Under the pieces are notes generated by a model, which saw only the letters and a list, made by a program, of their open reading frames with translations, was not told where the DNA came from and made no database searches. 64,000 bases of DNA, taken from positions 5,855 to 69,854 of the forward strand of contig CAZYPU010000002.1 of assembly GCA_964649665.1 (NCBI GenBank). The letters run 5' to 3'. This document shows, one piece after another, positions 9,320 to 17,045 of this stretch. Each line of letters opens with the position of its first letter. Within the stretch, counting starts at the first letter, position 1. Made by a program: the position numbers and the translations under genes. The DNA is from an uncultured Planctomycetia bacterium (GTDB taxonomy: Bacteria > Omnitrophota > Gorgyraeia > JABMRN01 > RBG-13-46-9).

Positions 9320-9996
9320 ACTGCTGGACTAAAAAAGCCAAGAATCCGTTTCATTTTTACACAAGCGTAACGCTCAAAGAGCTTACCGGGAAAAAAGCGA
9401 AAAATCTAAGAGAGCTCGTCGAAATTGTCAAGGAAGTCCCCGGCTCCGTCATCTATTATCACACCCACGTTTTTCTCCAGCGACAGCACTCTTTTTCTCC
9501 GGACCCGCCCAACGCCTTCGCCAACTGGGTCTCGTGGACCCTGGGCGAATACAAATTAGGCGAGGAACTCTCCAGCATAGATATATGCGCCTTCAACACG
9601 ATAAGGGAGTTGAGAGAAAAAATAATAAACGTTATTGAAAATCATCTTTTCGAGAGCAAAGAGCCTCTCCGGTATGCGCCCCGGGGAAGGGAATTCGATT
9701 TTATAAAAGCCCACAGCTTCGTCGTGCCGACCGGCTTTACGGCGCACAACCTAAAAGAGTTCGGGATGATCCTCGAAAAAGTCACGATCTATTCGATATA
9801 TTTCCATATTTTCGAGGCGCGCCTGAGGCTGGAAAAGGGATTCAACGATTTTTCTTTCTGGCTGGGCACTTCCGCCGGCGCCCCGGAAGTGGCGAAGGAC
9901 ATAGCGGCGCTTGATCCATACACCTTTAACGTGGAGGCCTTGAGGCGCAGGATTCTTGATATTATGAGAAACTGGTGCAATAAAGGACAGGCTTAA
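9316..9996 (+). CDS. conserved hypothetical protein between otsB and treT
   Basis: Clean ORF. ATG at 9316 forms an ATGA overlap with the otsB stop (the track start is a GTG at 9301). I recognise no motif with certainty. Confidence 0.5.
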   Translation: MNCWTKKAKNPFHFYTSVTLKELTGKKAKNLRELVEIVKEVPGSVIYYHTHVFLQRQHSFSPDPPNAFANWVSWTLGEYKLGEELSSIDICAFNTIRELREKIINVIENHLFESKEPLRYAPRGREFDFIKAHSFVVPTGFTAHNLKEFGMILEKVTIYSIYFHIFEARLRLEKGFNDFSFWLGTSAGAPEVAKDIAALDPYTFNVEALRRRILDIMRNWCNKGQA

Positions 9997-9997
9997 G

Positions 9998-11215
9998 ATG
10001 GGGATAGCGGATTACGAAAGCATCGTAGGCAAGGGCATAATCTACGAGCTCGGCCTTATAAGCAAAAAACTTAAGAAGAAAAAGATCCAGTGTATAAATT
10101 CCACGAAGCTCGGAGGCGGCGTCGCGGAAATACTTTCGCGGATTATCCCGCTTCTCAACGACCTGGGGATAGACGCCACATGGGACGTTATAGAGGCCGA
10201 TCCCGACTACTTCAACGTTACCAAGGCCTTCCATAACGCCCTGCACGGAAAAAGCGAAGGTATTACAAAAAGCATGTTTGACAAATTCCTTTCTACGGGT
10301 AAGGATATCCTGCGAAGCACCAAAATATACGGCGACATTGTTTTCGTCCACGACCCGCAGCCGATCATGTTGATCGAAAATAAGAAAAGCGCGAATAAGT
10401 GGATCTGGCGCTGTCACGTTGACGTATCAAAGCCGTATATGGAGGTATGGGAATTCCTGAAGCTCTTTATAGAGCAGTACGACATTTCCGTGTTTTCGAA
10501 CCCGAGTTTCGCGCGTCAGCTGGAAATTCCGCAGTTTCTCGTAACCCCGTCCATTGACCCTTTCAGCGAGAAAAACCGCGAACTTACGCGGGAAGAAATA
10601 GAAAGCGTGTTGGAAAAATACGAAATAGAGAAGGGTAAGCCCATTATAACCCAGGTTTCGCGGTTTGATTACCTGAAGGATCCCGTGGGCGTAATCGAGG
10701 CCTACCGCCTCGTAAAGAAATACGTGGACTGCCAGCTCATTCTGGCCGGCAACCGCGCCGCCGACGACCCGGAAAGCGACACGGTTCTCGCCGAGGTCAT
10801 GCAGGAGAAAGGGAACGACCCGGACATACACGTTCTTGTGATAGAGCCGGAAAAGAACGATTTTGACATAAACGGTATCCAGCGCGCTTCAAGCGTGATA
10901 ATCCAAAAATCCATACGAGAAGGGTTCGCCATAACCGTAACCGAGGCCCTCTGGAAGGCGAAACCCGTAGTCGCCTCAGCGGTCGGCGGTATCCCGCAGC
11001 AGATAAGGCACCGTCACAGCGGACTTCTCTGCCACACAGTGGGCGGCGCCGCCCTCATGATACGCGAGCTCCTGAATAACCCGGAATACGCCACGCGTCT
11101 CGGCAAAAATGGCAAGGAGCACATCCGGCGTAACTTCTTATCCACCCGCCACTTACGCGACTACATGCTTCTATTTCTCTACCTCTACAATCCCGACGAT
11201 ATAATTTACCTGTAG
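9998..11215 (+). CDS. treT: trehalose glycosyltransferring synthase-like GT4 glycosyltransferase
   Basis: Close resemblance to archaeal TreT as I recall it (INSTKLGGGVAEIL, FNVTKAFHNALHG, WIWRCHVD, PSIDPFSEKN, KPIITQVSRFD, IQKSIREGFAITVTEALWK). Confidence 0.75.
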   Translation: MGIADYESIVGKGIIYELGLISKKLKKKKIQCINSTKLGGGVAEILSRIIPLLNDLGIDATWDVIEADPDYFNVTKAFHNALHGKSEGITKSMFDKFLSTGKDILRSTKIYGDIVFVHDPQPIMLIENKKSANKWIWRCHVDVSKPYMEVWEFLKLFIEQYDISVFSNPSFARQLEIPQFLVTPSIDPFSEKNRELTREEIESVLEKYEIEKGKPIITQVSRFDYLKDPVGVIEAYRLVKKYVDCQLILAGNRAADDPESDTVLAEVMQEKGNDPDIHVLVIEPEKNDFDINGIQRASSVIIQKSIREGFAITVTEALWKAKPVVASAVGGIPQQIRHRHSGLLCHTVGGAALMIRELLNNPEYATRLGKNGKEHIRRNFLSTRHLRDYMLLFLYLYNPDDIIYL

Positions 11216-11229
11216 ACCGCCCGCCAAAG

Positions 11230-11439
11230 ATAAGCCTCCAGCGGGTGCTTGCCAGCGGCTCACACAAAAAATTGTGTAAAGCTATCTCCCTTGAATTTCT
11301 GCAATTTGTGAATCGGAAGGTGTGAATTATCGAGTATCTTATTTTCCGTAGAGCTATCCCTATCATGTCCAATTCACAAATTGCGAAATTCTACGGTCAA
11401 GAGCATTCGCCGCTTGGCAAGCACCCACTGGAGGCTTAT
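11230..11439 (+). repeat. family-1a nested-hairpin repeat, copy A
   Basis: Outer arms ATAAGCCTCCAGCGGGTGCTTGCCAGCGGC / GCCGCTTGGCAAGCACCCACTGGAGGCTTAT. Inner arms GAATTTCTGCAATTTGTGAATCGG / CCAATTCACAAATTGCGAAATTC. Starts 15 nt after the treT stop. Confidence 0.75.
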
Positions 11440-11470
11440 TTAACGAAAGTCTGTCTCGGCAGATATCAGC

Positions 11471-11666
11471 AATAAGGGCCTGTAGGGGTGGGCGATTGAG
11501 GCGAATAGATTCGACGTAGAATTTCATAATTTGCGAGCGGAATATAGAGATATGGCACTTTATGACATACCTGATTATCCGCTTGCAAATTGTAGAAATT
11601 CGAGGAGAAGATTTTGGCTCAATGTTTTGAGCTGAGCCTCAATCGCCCACCTCTACAGGCCTTATT
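11471..11666 (-). repeat. family-1a nested-hairpin repeat, copy B (opposite orientation)
   Basis: Outer arms AATAAGGGCCTGTAGGGGTGGGCGATTGAGGC / GCCTCAATCGCCCACCTCTACAGGCCTTATT. Its reverse complement carries the same junction motifs as copy A. Confidence 0.75.
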
Positions 11667-11706
11667 ACTGTAAGCGGAACAGGGCGAAACCCCTCAGAAA
11701 AAAGCG

Positions 11707-11734
11707 TTGCAATTTCGCTGTAACGTGATACAAT
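11707..11734 (+). promoter_or_regulatory. sigma70-like promoter for leuC (TTGCAA-16-TGATACAAT, extended -10)
   Basis: Read directly. The -10 ends 10 nt before the ATG at 11745 and no SD is visible. Confidence 0.45.
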
Positions 11735-11744
11735 TACACCCTGT

Positions 11745-13025
11745 ATGGGATATACCATAACCGAGAAGATACTGCTGGCGCACACTAAGGCGAAGGCCGT
11801 TAAGCCGGGCGATTTCATAACCGCGAAGGTGGATTTCTGCTTTGGAAACGACATAACCGCGCCGATCGCTATAGGAGAATTCGATAGGATAAAGGCGAAA
11901 AAGGTCTTTGACAAAACAAGGATCGCCCTTATTCCGGACCACTTCACGCCCGCAAAGGACATGAAAAGCGCCAACCAGGCGAAGGTTTTGCATAGCTTTG
12001 CCAGGAAGCACGATATAGCGCATTATTATGAGGTGGGAAGGATGGGTATTGAGCACGTCCTTCTTCCGGAGAAGGGCCTCGTTTTACCGGGCAACCTTGT
12101 AGTTGGCGCGGATTCGCACACATGCACATACGGCGCGCTCGGGTGCTTTTCCACCGGGGTGGGGTCAACGGACCTTGCGTTCGCTTTTGTGACAGGGGAG
12201 TGCTGGCTCAAGGTCCCGGAGACGATAAAATTTGTTTATCACGGCAAGCCCAAGAAGTGGGTTACCGGTAAGGACCTTATCCTTTATACGATAGGCAGGA
12301 TATGCACTGACGGGGCGCTCTACAAAGCGATGGAATTTTCCGGGAGCGCGATTAAAAACCTACCGATGGACGATAGGTTCACGATGTGCAACATGGCCAT
12401 CGAGGCCGGCGCCAAAAACGGCATTATCGAACCGGACGAAACCACGGTAAGTTACGTAAAAAAAGCGATAAGAAAAAATAAGCCCGGGAGAAAGAGTTTC
12501 AAATTATATAAAAGCGACAAAGACGCCAGGTATGCCGAAGTTATAGAATACGATGTTTCCAAAATCGAGCCGCAGGTGAGCCTTCCGCATCTGCCGAGCA
12601 ACGCCAAACCCGTGAATAAGGTGAAAAATGTACTTATTGACCAGGTAGTCATCGGCTCGTGCACTAACGGAAGGATAAGCGATCTGGAAGCGGCTGCGAA
12701 GATACTCAAAGGGAAAAAGGTGAAGCAGAGTACGAGATTGATCGTTATACCTGCGACGCAGGCGGTTTACCTGGAGGCGGTAAAAAGAGGGTTTGCTAAA
12801 ATTTTCGTCGAAGCGGGGGGTGTGTTTTCCACGCCGAGTTGCGGCCCATGCTTAGGCGGGCACCTTGGCATACTTGCCGAAGGCGAGAGGTGCGTGGCTA
12901 CAACGAACAGGAATTTTGTCGGCAGGATGGGCCACCCTAAATCCGAGGTGTATCTTGCCTCGCCGGCTGTCGCGGCCGCAAGCGCCGTGCGCGGCCGGGT
13001 TGCGCATCCGAAGGAAGTCGCATGA
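11745..13025 (+). CDS. leuC: 3-isopropylmalate dehydratase large subunit (aconitase family, short type)
   Basis: [13 protein letters not shown] and GSCTNGR Fe-S ligand motifs. About 420 aa, the LeuC/HacA size class. Followed by the small subunit and the dehydrogenase. Confidence 0.85.
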   Translation: MGYTITEKILLAHTKAKAVKPGDFITAKVDFCFGNDITAPIAIGEFDRIKAKKVFDKTRIALIPDHFTPAKDMKSANQAKVLHSFARKHDIAHYYEVGRMGIEHVLLPEKGLVLPGNLVVGADSHTCTYGALGCFSTGVGSTDLAFAFVTGECWLKVPETIKFVYHGKPKKWVTGKDLILYTIGRICTDGALYKAMEFSGSAIKNLPMDDRFTMCNMAIEAGAKNGIIEPDETTVSYVKKAIRKNKPGRKSFKLYKSDKDARYAEVIEYDVSKIEPQVSLPHLPSNAKPVNKVKNVLIDQVVIGSCTNGRISDLEAAAKILKGKKVKQSTRLIVIPATQAVYLEAVKRGFAKIFVEAGGVFSTPSCGPCLGGHLGILAEGERCVATTNRNFVGRMGHPKSEVYLASPAVAAASAVRGRVAHPKEVA

Positions 13026-13058
13026 AAGTAACGAGGTTGTCGAAAAAGCCCTCCAATT

Positions 13059-13170
13059 GTCATTCTGAGCCCCGCCCTTCGCTAGCGCTCAGGATAAACT
13101 CCGCGGGGCGAAGAATCTTAACGATAAGATCCTTCGTCGGGCTGACTTCGTCAGCCCTCCTCAGGATGAC
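13059..13170. repeat. family-2 multi-hairpin repeat, long variant
   Basis: GTCATTCTGAG...CTCAGGATGAC outer stem encloses CCCCGC/GCGGGG, CGAAGAATCTT/AAGATCCTTCG and GCTGAC-TTC-GTCAGC hairpins. Lies between leuC and leuD. Confidence 0.7.
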
Positions 13171-13185
13171 AGGCAAAAAAAGAAC

Positions 13186-13656
13186 ATGAAATACAGAGGC
13201 AAAGTCCACAAATTCGCGAACGACATAAACACAGACGACATAATACCGGCGAAGTATCTCCATACGCACGATCCGGCGGAACTTGCCGGACACTGCATGG
13301 AGCACGTGGATAAAAGTTTCGTGAAGAAGGTAAAAGCGGGCGACATCATAGTCGCGGGCAAGCATTTCGGGTGCGGCTCCTCAAGGGAGCACGCGCCGAT
13401 CGCTATCAAGGCATGCGGGATCTCGTGCATCGTGGCGGAAAGTTTCGCGAGGATTTTTTACCGGAATGCCATTAATATGGGGCTTCCGGTTGTTTCCTCC
13501 AAAGAGGCGGCAAATTCCATAAAGAAAGGCGACAGGGTTGAGGTTGATACGCAAAAGGGCACGGTAAGGAACATATCGAAAAGGAAAACGTTCAAGATCG
13601 AACCGTATTCGCCCTTCATACAAAGGATCATAAAGAAAGGCAGATTGCTGGGATGA
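13186..13656 (+). CDS. leuD: 3-isopropylmalate dehydratase small subunit
   Basis: [14 protein letters not shown] motif. About 155 aa, short type. Confidence 0.85.
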   Translation: MKYRGKVHKFANDINTDDIIPAKYLHTHDPAELAGHCMEHVDKSFVKKVKAGDIIVAGKHFGCGSSREHAPIAIKACGISCIVAESFARIFYRNAINMGLPVVSSKEAANSIKKGDRVEVDTQKGTVRNISKRKTFKIEPYSPFIQRIIKKGRLLG

Positions 13657-14717
13657 CACCAGGCGGCAAAAAATATAAAATAGCGGTAATACCCGGTGAC
13701 GGAACCGGCCCGGAAGTCGTAGCCGAAGGGCTTAAGGTTCTTGAGGCGGTATCCGGAAAGTGCGGCTTCAAGTACGAAAAGATCATGTACGATTTCGGCG
13801 GCGAAAGGTATAAGAAAACAGGCGAGGTGCTTCCGGATTCGGTCATTGATGAATTCAAAAAGACAGACGCGATGTATCTCGGCGCCGTGGGCCACCCCGA
13901 GGTAAAACCCGGAATCCTGGAAAAAGGACTTCTTCTCAAGATAAGGTTTGCTCTCGAGCAATACATAAACTTAAGGCCCGTTAAGCTCTACCCGGGCGTA
14001 TGGACGCCTGTCAGGGACAAGGGGCCGAAGGATATAGATTTTGTCGTAGTGAGGGAAAATAACGAAGGCCTTTACACGGGTGAGGGCGAGTTCATAAAAA
14101 AAGGGACAAAAGAAGAGATCGCGCTTCAGGTATCGCGCAACACCTATAAGGGCATAGAGCGCTGCGTGAGATACGCCTTCGAATATACAAAGAAGCGTAA
14201 TAAAGAGAGTAAACTTACCCTCTGCGGAAAGACAAATGTTTTGACTTACGCGTGGGATTTATGGGAAAGGGTGTTTTTCGAAACGGCCAAGAAATATTCC
14301 GGCGTAAAAACTGATTACGCGCACGTTGACGCGACATGCATGTGGATGGTAAAAAATCCGGAGTGGTTCGACGTAATCGTAACGGATAATATGTTCGGCG
14401 ATATAATTACCGATCTTGGCGCGATGATACAGGGCGGCATGGGAATCGCCGCCGGCGGAAACTTAAATCCTGAGGGCGTCTCCATGTTCGAGCCGATAGG
14501 CGGTTCCGCGCCGAAGTATACAGGTAAGAACGTAATAAACCCGCTTGCCGCTATATGCGCGCTTTCGATGCTTCTTGAGGAAATCGGCGAGACGAAAGCG
14601 GCGAGGTGTGTGGAAAATTCGGTGATGAAAGTTACGACAAAGATGAAATCCATGGCAGCAGGCAAGATGGGCTACTCGACCAGCGAGGTAGGGGATCTGG
14701 TAGTTAAGAATTTGTAA
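13653..14717 (+). CDS. leuB: 3-isopropylmalate dehydrogenase (isocitrate/isopropylmalate dehydrogenase family)
   Basis: [17 protein letters not shown] and [13 protein letters not shown] motifs. Operon context with leuCD. Confidence 0.8.
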   Translation: MTPGGKKYKIAVIPGDGTGPEVVAEGLKVLEAVSGKCGFKYEKIMYDFGGERYKKTGEVLPDSVIDEFKKTDAMYLGAVGHPEVKPGILEKGLLLKIRFALEQYINLRPVKLYPGVWTPVRDKGPKDIDFVVVRENNEGLYTGEGEFIKKGTKEEIALQVSRNTYKGIERCVRYAFEYTKKRNKESKLTLCGKTNVLTYAWDLWERVFFETAKKYSGVKTDYAHVDATCMWMVKNPEWFDVIVTDNMFGDIITDLGAMIQGGMGIAAGGNLNPEGVSMFEPIGGSAPKYTGKNVINPLAAICALSMLLEEIGETKAARCVENSVMKVTTKMKSMAAGKMGYSTSEVGDLVVKNL

Positions 14718-14721
14718 GATT

Positions 14722-14805
14722 GTCATTGCGAGCCCCGCGAAGCGGGGCGAAGCAATCTCTTAGTATGAGATTGCTTCGTCGGCACTTCGTGCCTCCTCGC
14801 AATGA
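14722..14805. repeat. family-2 three-hairpin repeat, canonical 84-bp copy
   Basis: GTCATTGCGAG-[CCCCGC GAAG CGGGGC]-[GAAGCAATCTC ttagtat GAGATTGCTTC]-[GGCAC TTC GTGCC]-CTCGCAATGA. Starts 5 nt after the leuB stop. Confidence 0.8.
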
Positions 14806-14822
14806 TATATGGAGTACGTAAA

Positions 14823-15875
14823 ATGCTAAAGAAAAAAGACGAGTATAACGTAGCAATAATGGGCGCTACCGGTGCTGTCGGCGCGCAGTTTCTGTCCCTT
14901 CTCGAGGAGAGGCATTTTCCCGTTGCAGAACTCCGTCTCCTTGCCTCTGAAAGATCTAAGGGTAAGAAGATTAAGTTTAAGGGCAAGGCCTGTCCGGTAG
15001 AGATTCTTACTCACAGATCGTTCAAGGGCGTAGACATCATCCTATCAAGCGCGGGCGCCGCAAGAAGCCTTGAGTTTTTGCCGAGCGCCGTGAAAGCGGG
15101 AGCGGTATGCGTGGATAATTCAAGCGCCTTCAGGATGCAAAAAGAGGTTCCTCTCGTTGTTCCGGAGGTAAACCCGCAAAGGACAGAGGGCCACAAAGGC
15201 ATTATCGCAAACCCGAACTGCTCAACCATACAGGCAGTCGTTGCGTTGTGGCCGCTGCATAAAAAAGCGAAAATTAAAAGGATAGTTGCCTCGACCTATC
15301 AGTCGGTTTCCGGCGCCGGCCAGAAAAAGATTCTGGAGCTGGAAAAACAGGTGGAGGCAATAGATAAAGTCGTTGATAACTGGGTAATCGGAAGCCACGG
15401 CGTGGATAAATTCCTGATAAAGGAATTTCCGTATCAGACAGCCTTTAACCTGATTCCGCAGATAGACGTATTCCTGGATAACGCTTACACCAAGGAAGAG
15501 ATGAAACTTGTGAACGAAACCCGCAAAATCATGGAAGACCCAAACATCAGGATTACCTCGACCTGCATTCGCGTGCCGGTTTTCTTTGCGCACTCGGAGA
15601 GCATAAACATAGAGACCGAGAAGAAACTCAAGCCCGATGAAGCGAGAAAAATCCTTGCAAAGGCGCCGGGCGTCGTTTTGATAGACGATCCTAAAAAGGA
15701 GAAATACCCCATGCCCCTGGACGCCGAAGGAAAAAATGAGGTTTTCGTCGGACGTATCCGCGAGGACGAATCCGTGGAAAACGGCCTTAACCTCTGGGTT
15801 GTAAGCGACAACCTCCGAAAAGGCGCGGCCCTTAACGCGATTCAGATAGCGGAGCTGCTTATAAAGCATGCGTAA
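14823..15875 (+). CDS. asd: aspartate-semialdehyde dehydrogenase
   Basis: VAIMGATGAVG Rossmann motif and active-site NPNCSTI. ATG at 14823 has GGAG 8 nt upstream. The track start at 14802 lies inside the repeat arm. Confidence 0.85.
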   Translation: MLKKKDEYNVAIMGATGAVGAQFLSLLEERHFPVAELRLLASERSKGKKIKFKGKACPVEILTHRSFKGVDIILSSAGAARSLEFLPSAVKAGAVCVDNSSAFRMQKEVPLVVPEVNPQRTEGHKGIIANPNCSTIQAVVALWPLHKKAKIKRIVASTYQSVSGAGQKKILELEKQVEAIDKVVDNWVIGSHGVDKFLIKEFPYQTAFNLIPQIDVFLDNAYTKEEMKLVNETRKIMEDPNIRITSTCIRVPVFFAHSESINIETEKKLKPDEARKILAKAPGVVLIDDPKKEKYPMPLDAEGKNEVFVGRIREDESVENGLNLWVVSDNLRKGAALNAIQIAELLIKHA

Positions 15876-16686
15876 CATCCGCCTCACCGTCGCCTACGAC
15901 GGCACTTGCTACGCCGGCTGGCAGATCCAGAAAAACGCAAAGACCATCCAGGGCGAAATCGAAAAAGCGTTAAAAAAAATACTTAAAACAAAAGTCCGTC
16001 TGATCGGCGCCGGCCGCACCGACTCCGGAGTCCACGCCCGCGCGCAGGTTGCGAATTTTAGTATTCGTCATTGCGAGGAGGCGCGAAGCGCCAACGAAGC
16101 AATCTCCTATGAGATTGCTTCGCTCCCTTTGGTCGCTCGCAATGACAGAAAAAAATCAGTGCACGGGCTTCAAGCAGCGTTAAACTCAAGCCTTCCATGT
16201 GATATTCGTATCATTGAGGTAAAAGAGGCGCCGCTTGAATTTCATTCGCGGTTTGACGCAAGGGGCAAGTTTTACAGGTATACGATCCTCAACAGCCCGA
16301 TAAACGATCCCTTCCTCCGGGATTATTGCCATAGAGTTTCTTGTAAGTTAAATCTCCCGCTGATGCGAAAAGAGGCGGCCGTTTTACTCGGGCGGCACGA
16401 CTTTAAATCCTTCCAGGCAAAGAGCGCCTCATCGCCCATAAAAGATACGCGAAGGACGATAAAGAAAATAACTTTTAAAAAAGAAAAAGATCTCATCCAT
16501 ATCAATATCGAAGCCAACGGTTTCCTGTACAACATGGTTCGTAACATCATAGGCACCCTCATCGAGATCGGAAGGGGATACCTTCCCGAAGGCAGCATGC
16601 GAAAGATCCTCTCCTCTAAAGACCGCCGGAAAGCCGGCCCTACCGCCCCTGCCAAAGGCCTTACCCTGATAAAGGTTAAATACTAA
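15868..16686 (+). CDS. truA: tRNA pseudouridine(38-40) synthase TruA, carrying an in-frame repeat insertion
   Basis: AGRTDSGVHA catalytic motif and FYRYTI. The segment IRHCEEARSANEAISYEIASLPLVARND is encoded by a family-2 repeat. Confidence 0.85.
   Translation: MRNIRLTVAYDGTCYAGWQIQKNAKTIQGEIEKALKKILKTKVRLIGAGRTDSGVHARAQVANFSIRHCEEARSANEAISYEIASLPLVARNDRKKSVHGLQAALNSSLPCDIRIIEVKEAPLEFHSRFDARGKFYRYTILNSPINDPFLRDYCHRVSCKLNLPLMRKEAAVLLGRHDFKSFQAKSASSPIKDTRRTIKKITFKKEKDLIHINIEANGFLYNMVRNIIGTLIEIGRGYLPEGSMRKILSSKDRRKAGPTAPAKGLTLIKVKY
16067..16146. repeat. family-2 repeat copy inside the truA coding sequence
   Basis: GTCATTGCGAG...CGAAGCAATCTC ctat GAGATTGCTTCG...CTCGCAATGAC read directly. The reading frame is preserved across it. 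Confidence 0.8.
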
Positions 16687-16719
16687 ATACAGCATATGCG
16701 CTGCATATAGGTAACGCAT

Positions 16720-16895
16720 AATATCTTGTGTAAATTCGATGGGCATCTGAGAGCGGGAGTCCTTTCGGCGAATTTTGCATGCGACTGGCAATTTATGTGT
16801 TCAAGATTTGAAACGCTAAATTGCTACAGCCGCGCTGCAAAATTTTTCGCCTCAAGGACATCCCGCTCTCAGATGCCCTATAGATACAAGATATT
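16720..16895. repeat. family-1b nested-hairpin repeat, copy D
   Basis: AATATCTTGT/ACAAGATATT, GGGCATCTGAGAGCGGGA/TCCCGCTCTCAGATGCCC and GGCGAATTTTGCA/TGCAAAATTTTTCGCC nested arms. Starts 34 nt after the truA stop. Confidence 0.7.
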
Positions 16896-16930
16896 CTACT
16901 TTGTGACGTAGCCCTGCAGATAGGCATCGA

Positions 16931-17026
16931 GTTGACAACTATCATTTCATAGTGTATACTAAAGTTGTTAACTGTTGACAACTAGTTTACAACTTTAATT
17001 CATTGATATAGACGTAAGTTGTAAAC
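16931..17026 (+). promoter_or_regulatory. promoter (TTGACA-17-TATACT) plus five copies of a 10-bp AGTTGTNAAC/GTTNACAACT motif
   Basis: Motif copies at 16931, 16963, 16974, 16985 and 17017. The middle three are spaced exactly 11 bp apart. Immediately upstream of a wHTH-containing gene. Confidence 0.5.
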
Positions 17027-17045
17027 TAACAGGAGAGGCGCGTTT

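Noticed and set aside
11055-11372. Track ORFs that fall inside or across structured repeats. Examples: 11055-11372, 11639-11974, 16726-16911, 23650-24117, 29438-29620, 29807-30202, 57336-57578, 57373-57600, 62695-63036, 62861-63145.
   Set aside because: Their open frames are created by the palindromic repeats, and the same pseudo-peptides recur, for example FPPGLRPVG. They have no SD or start context, and several overlap real genes or promoters.
11216-11744. A T-box, riboswitch or leucine leader-peptide attenuator in the 530-bp region upstream of leuC.
   Set aside because: The region is accounted for by two family-1a repeat copies plus a promoter that abuts the start codon. I saw no Leu-rich leader ORF and no T-box-like conserved 14-mer.
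14722-14805. The cloverleaf-like three-hairpin fold of family-2 copies as a tRNA or tRNA-like gene.
   Set aside because: There is no 7-nt anticodon loop, no GTTCRANNC T-loop, no D-loop GG and no discriminator/CCA context. The closing stem is 10-11 bp rather than 7, and the sequence is a multi-copy repeat.
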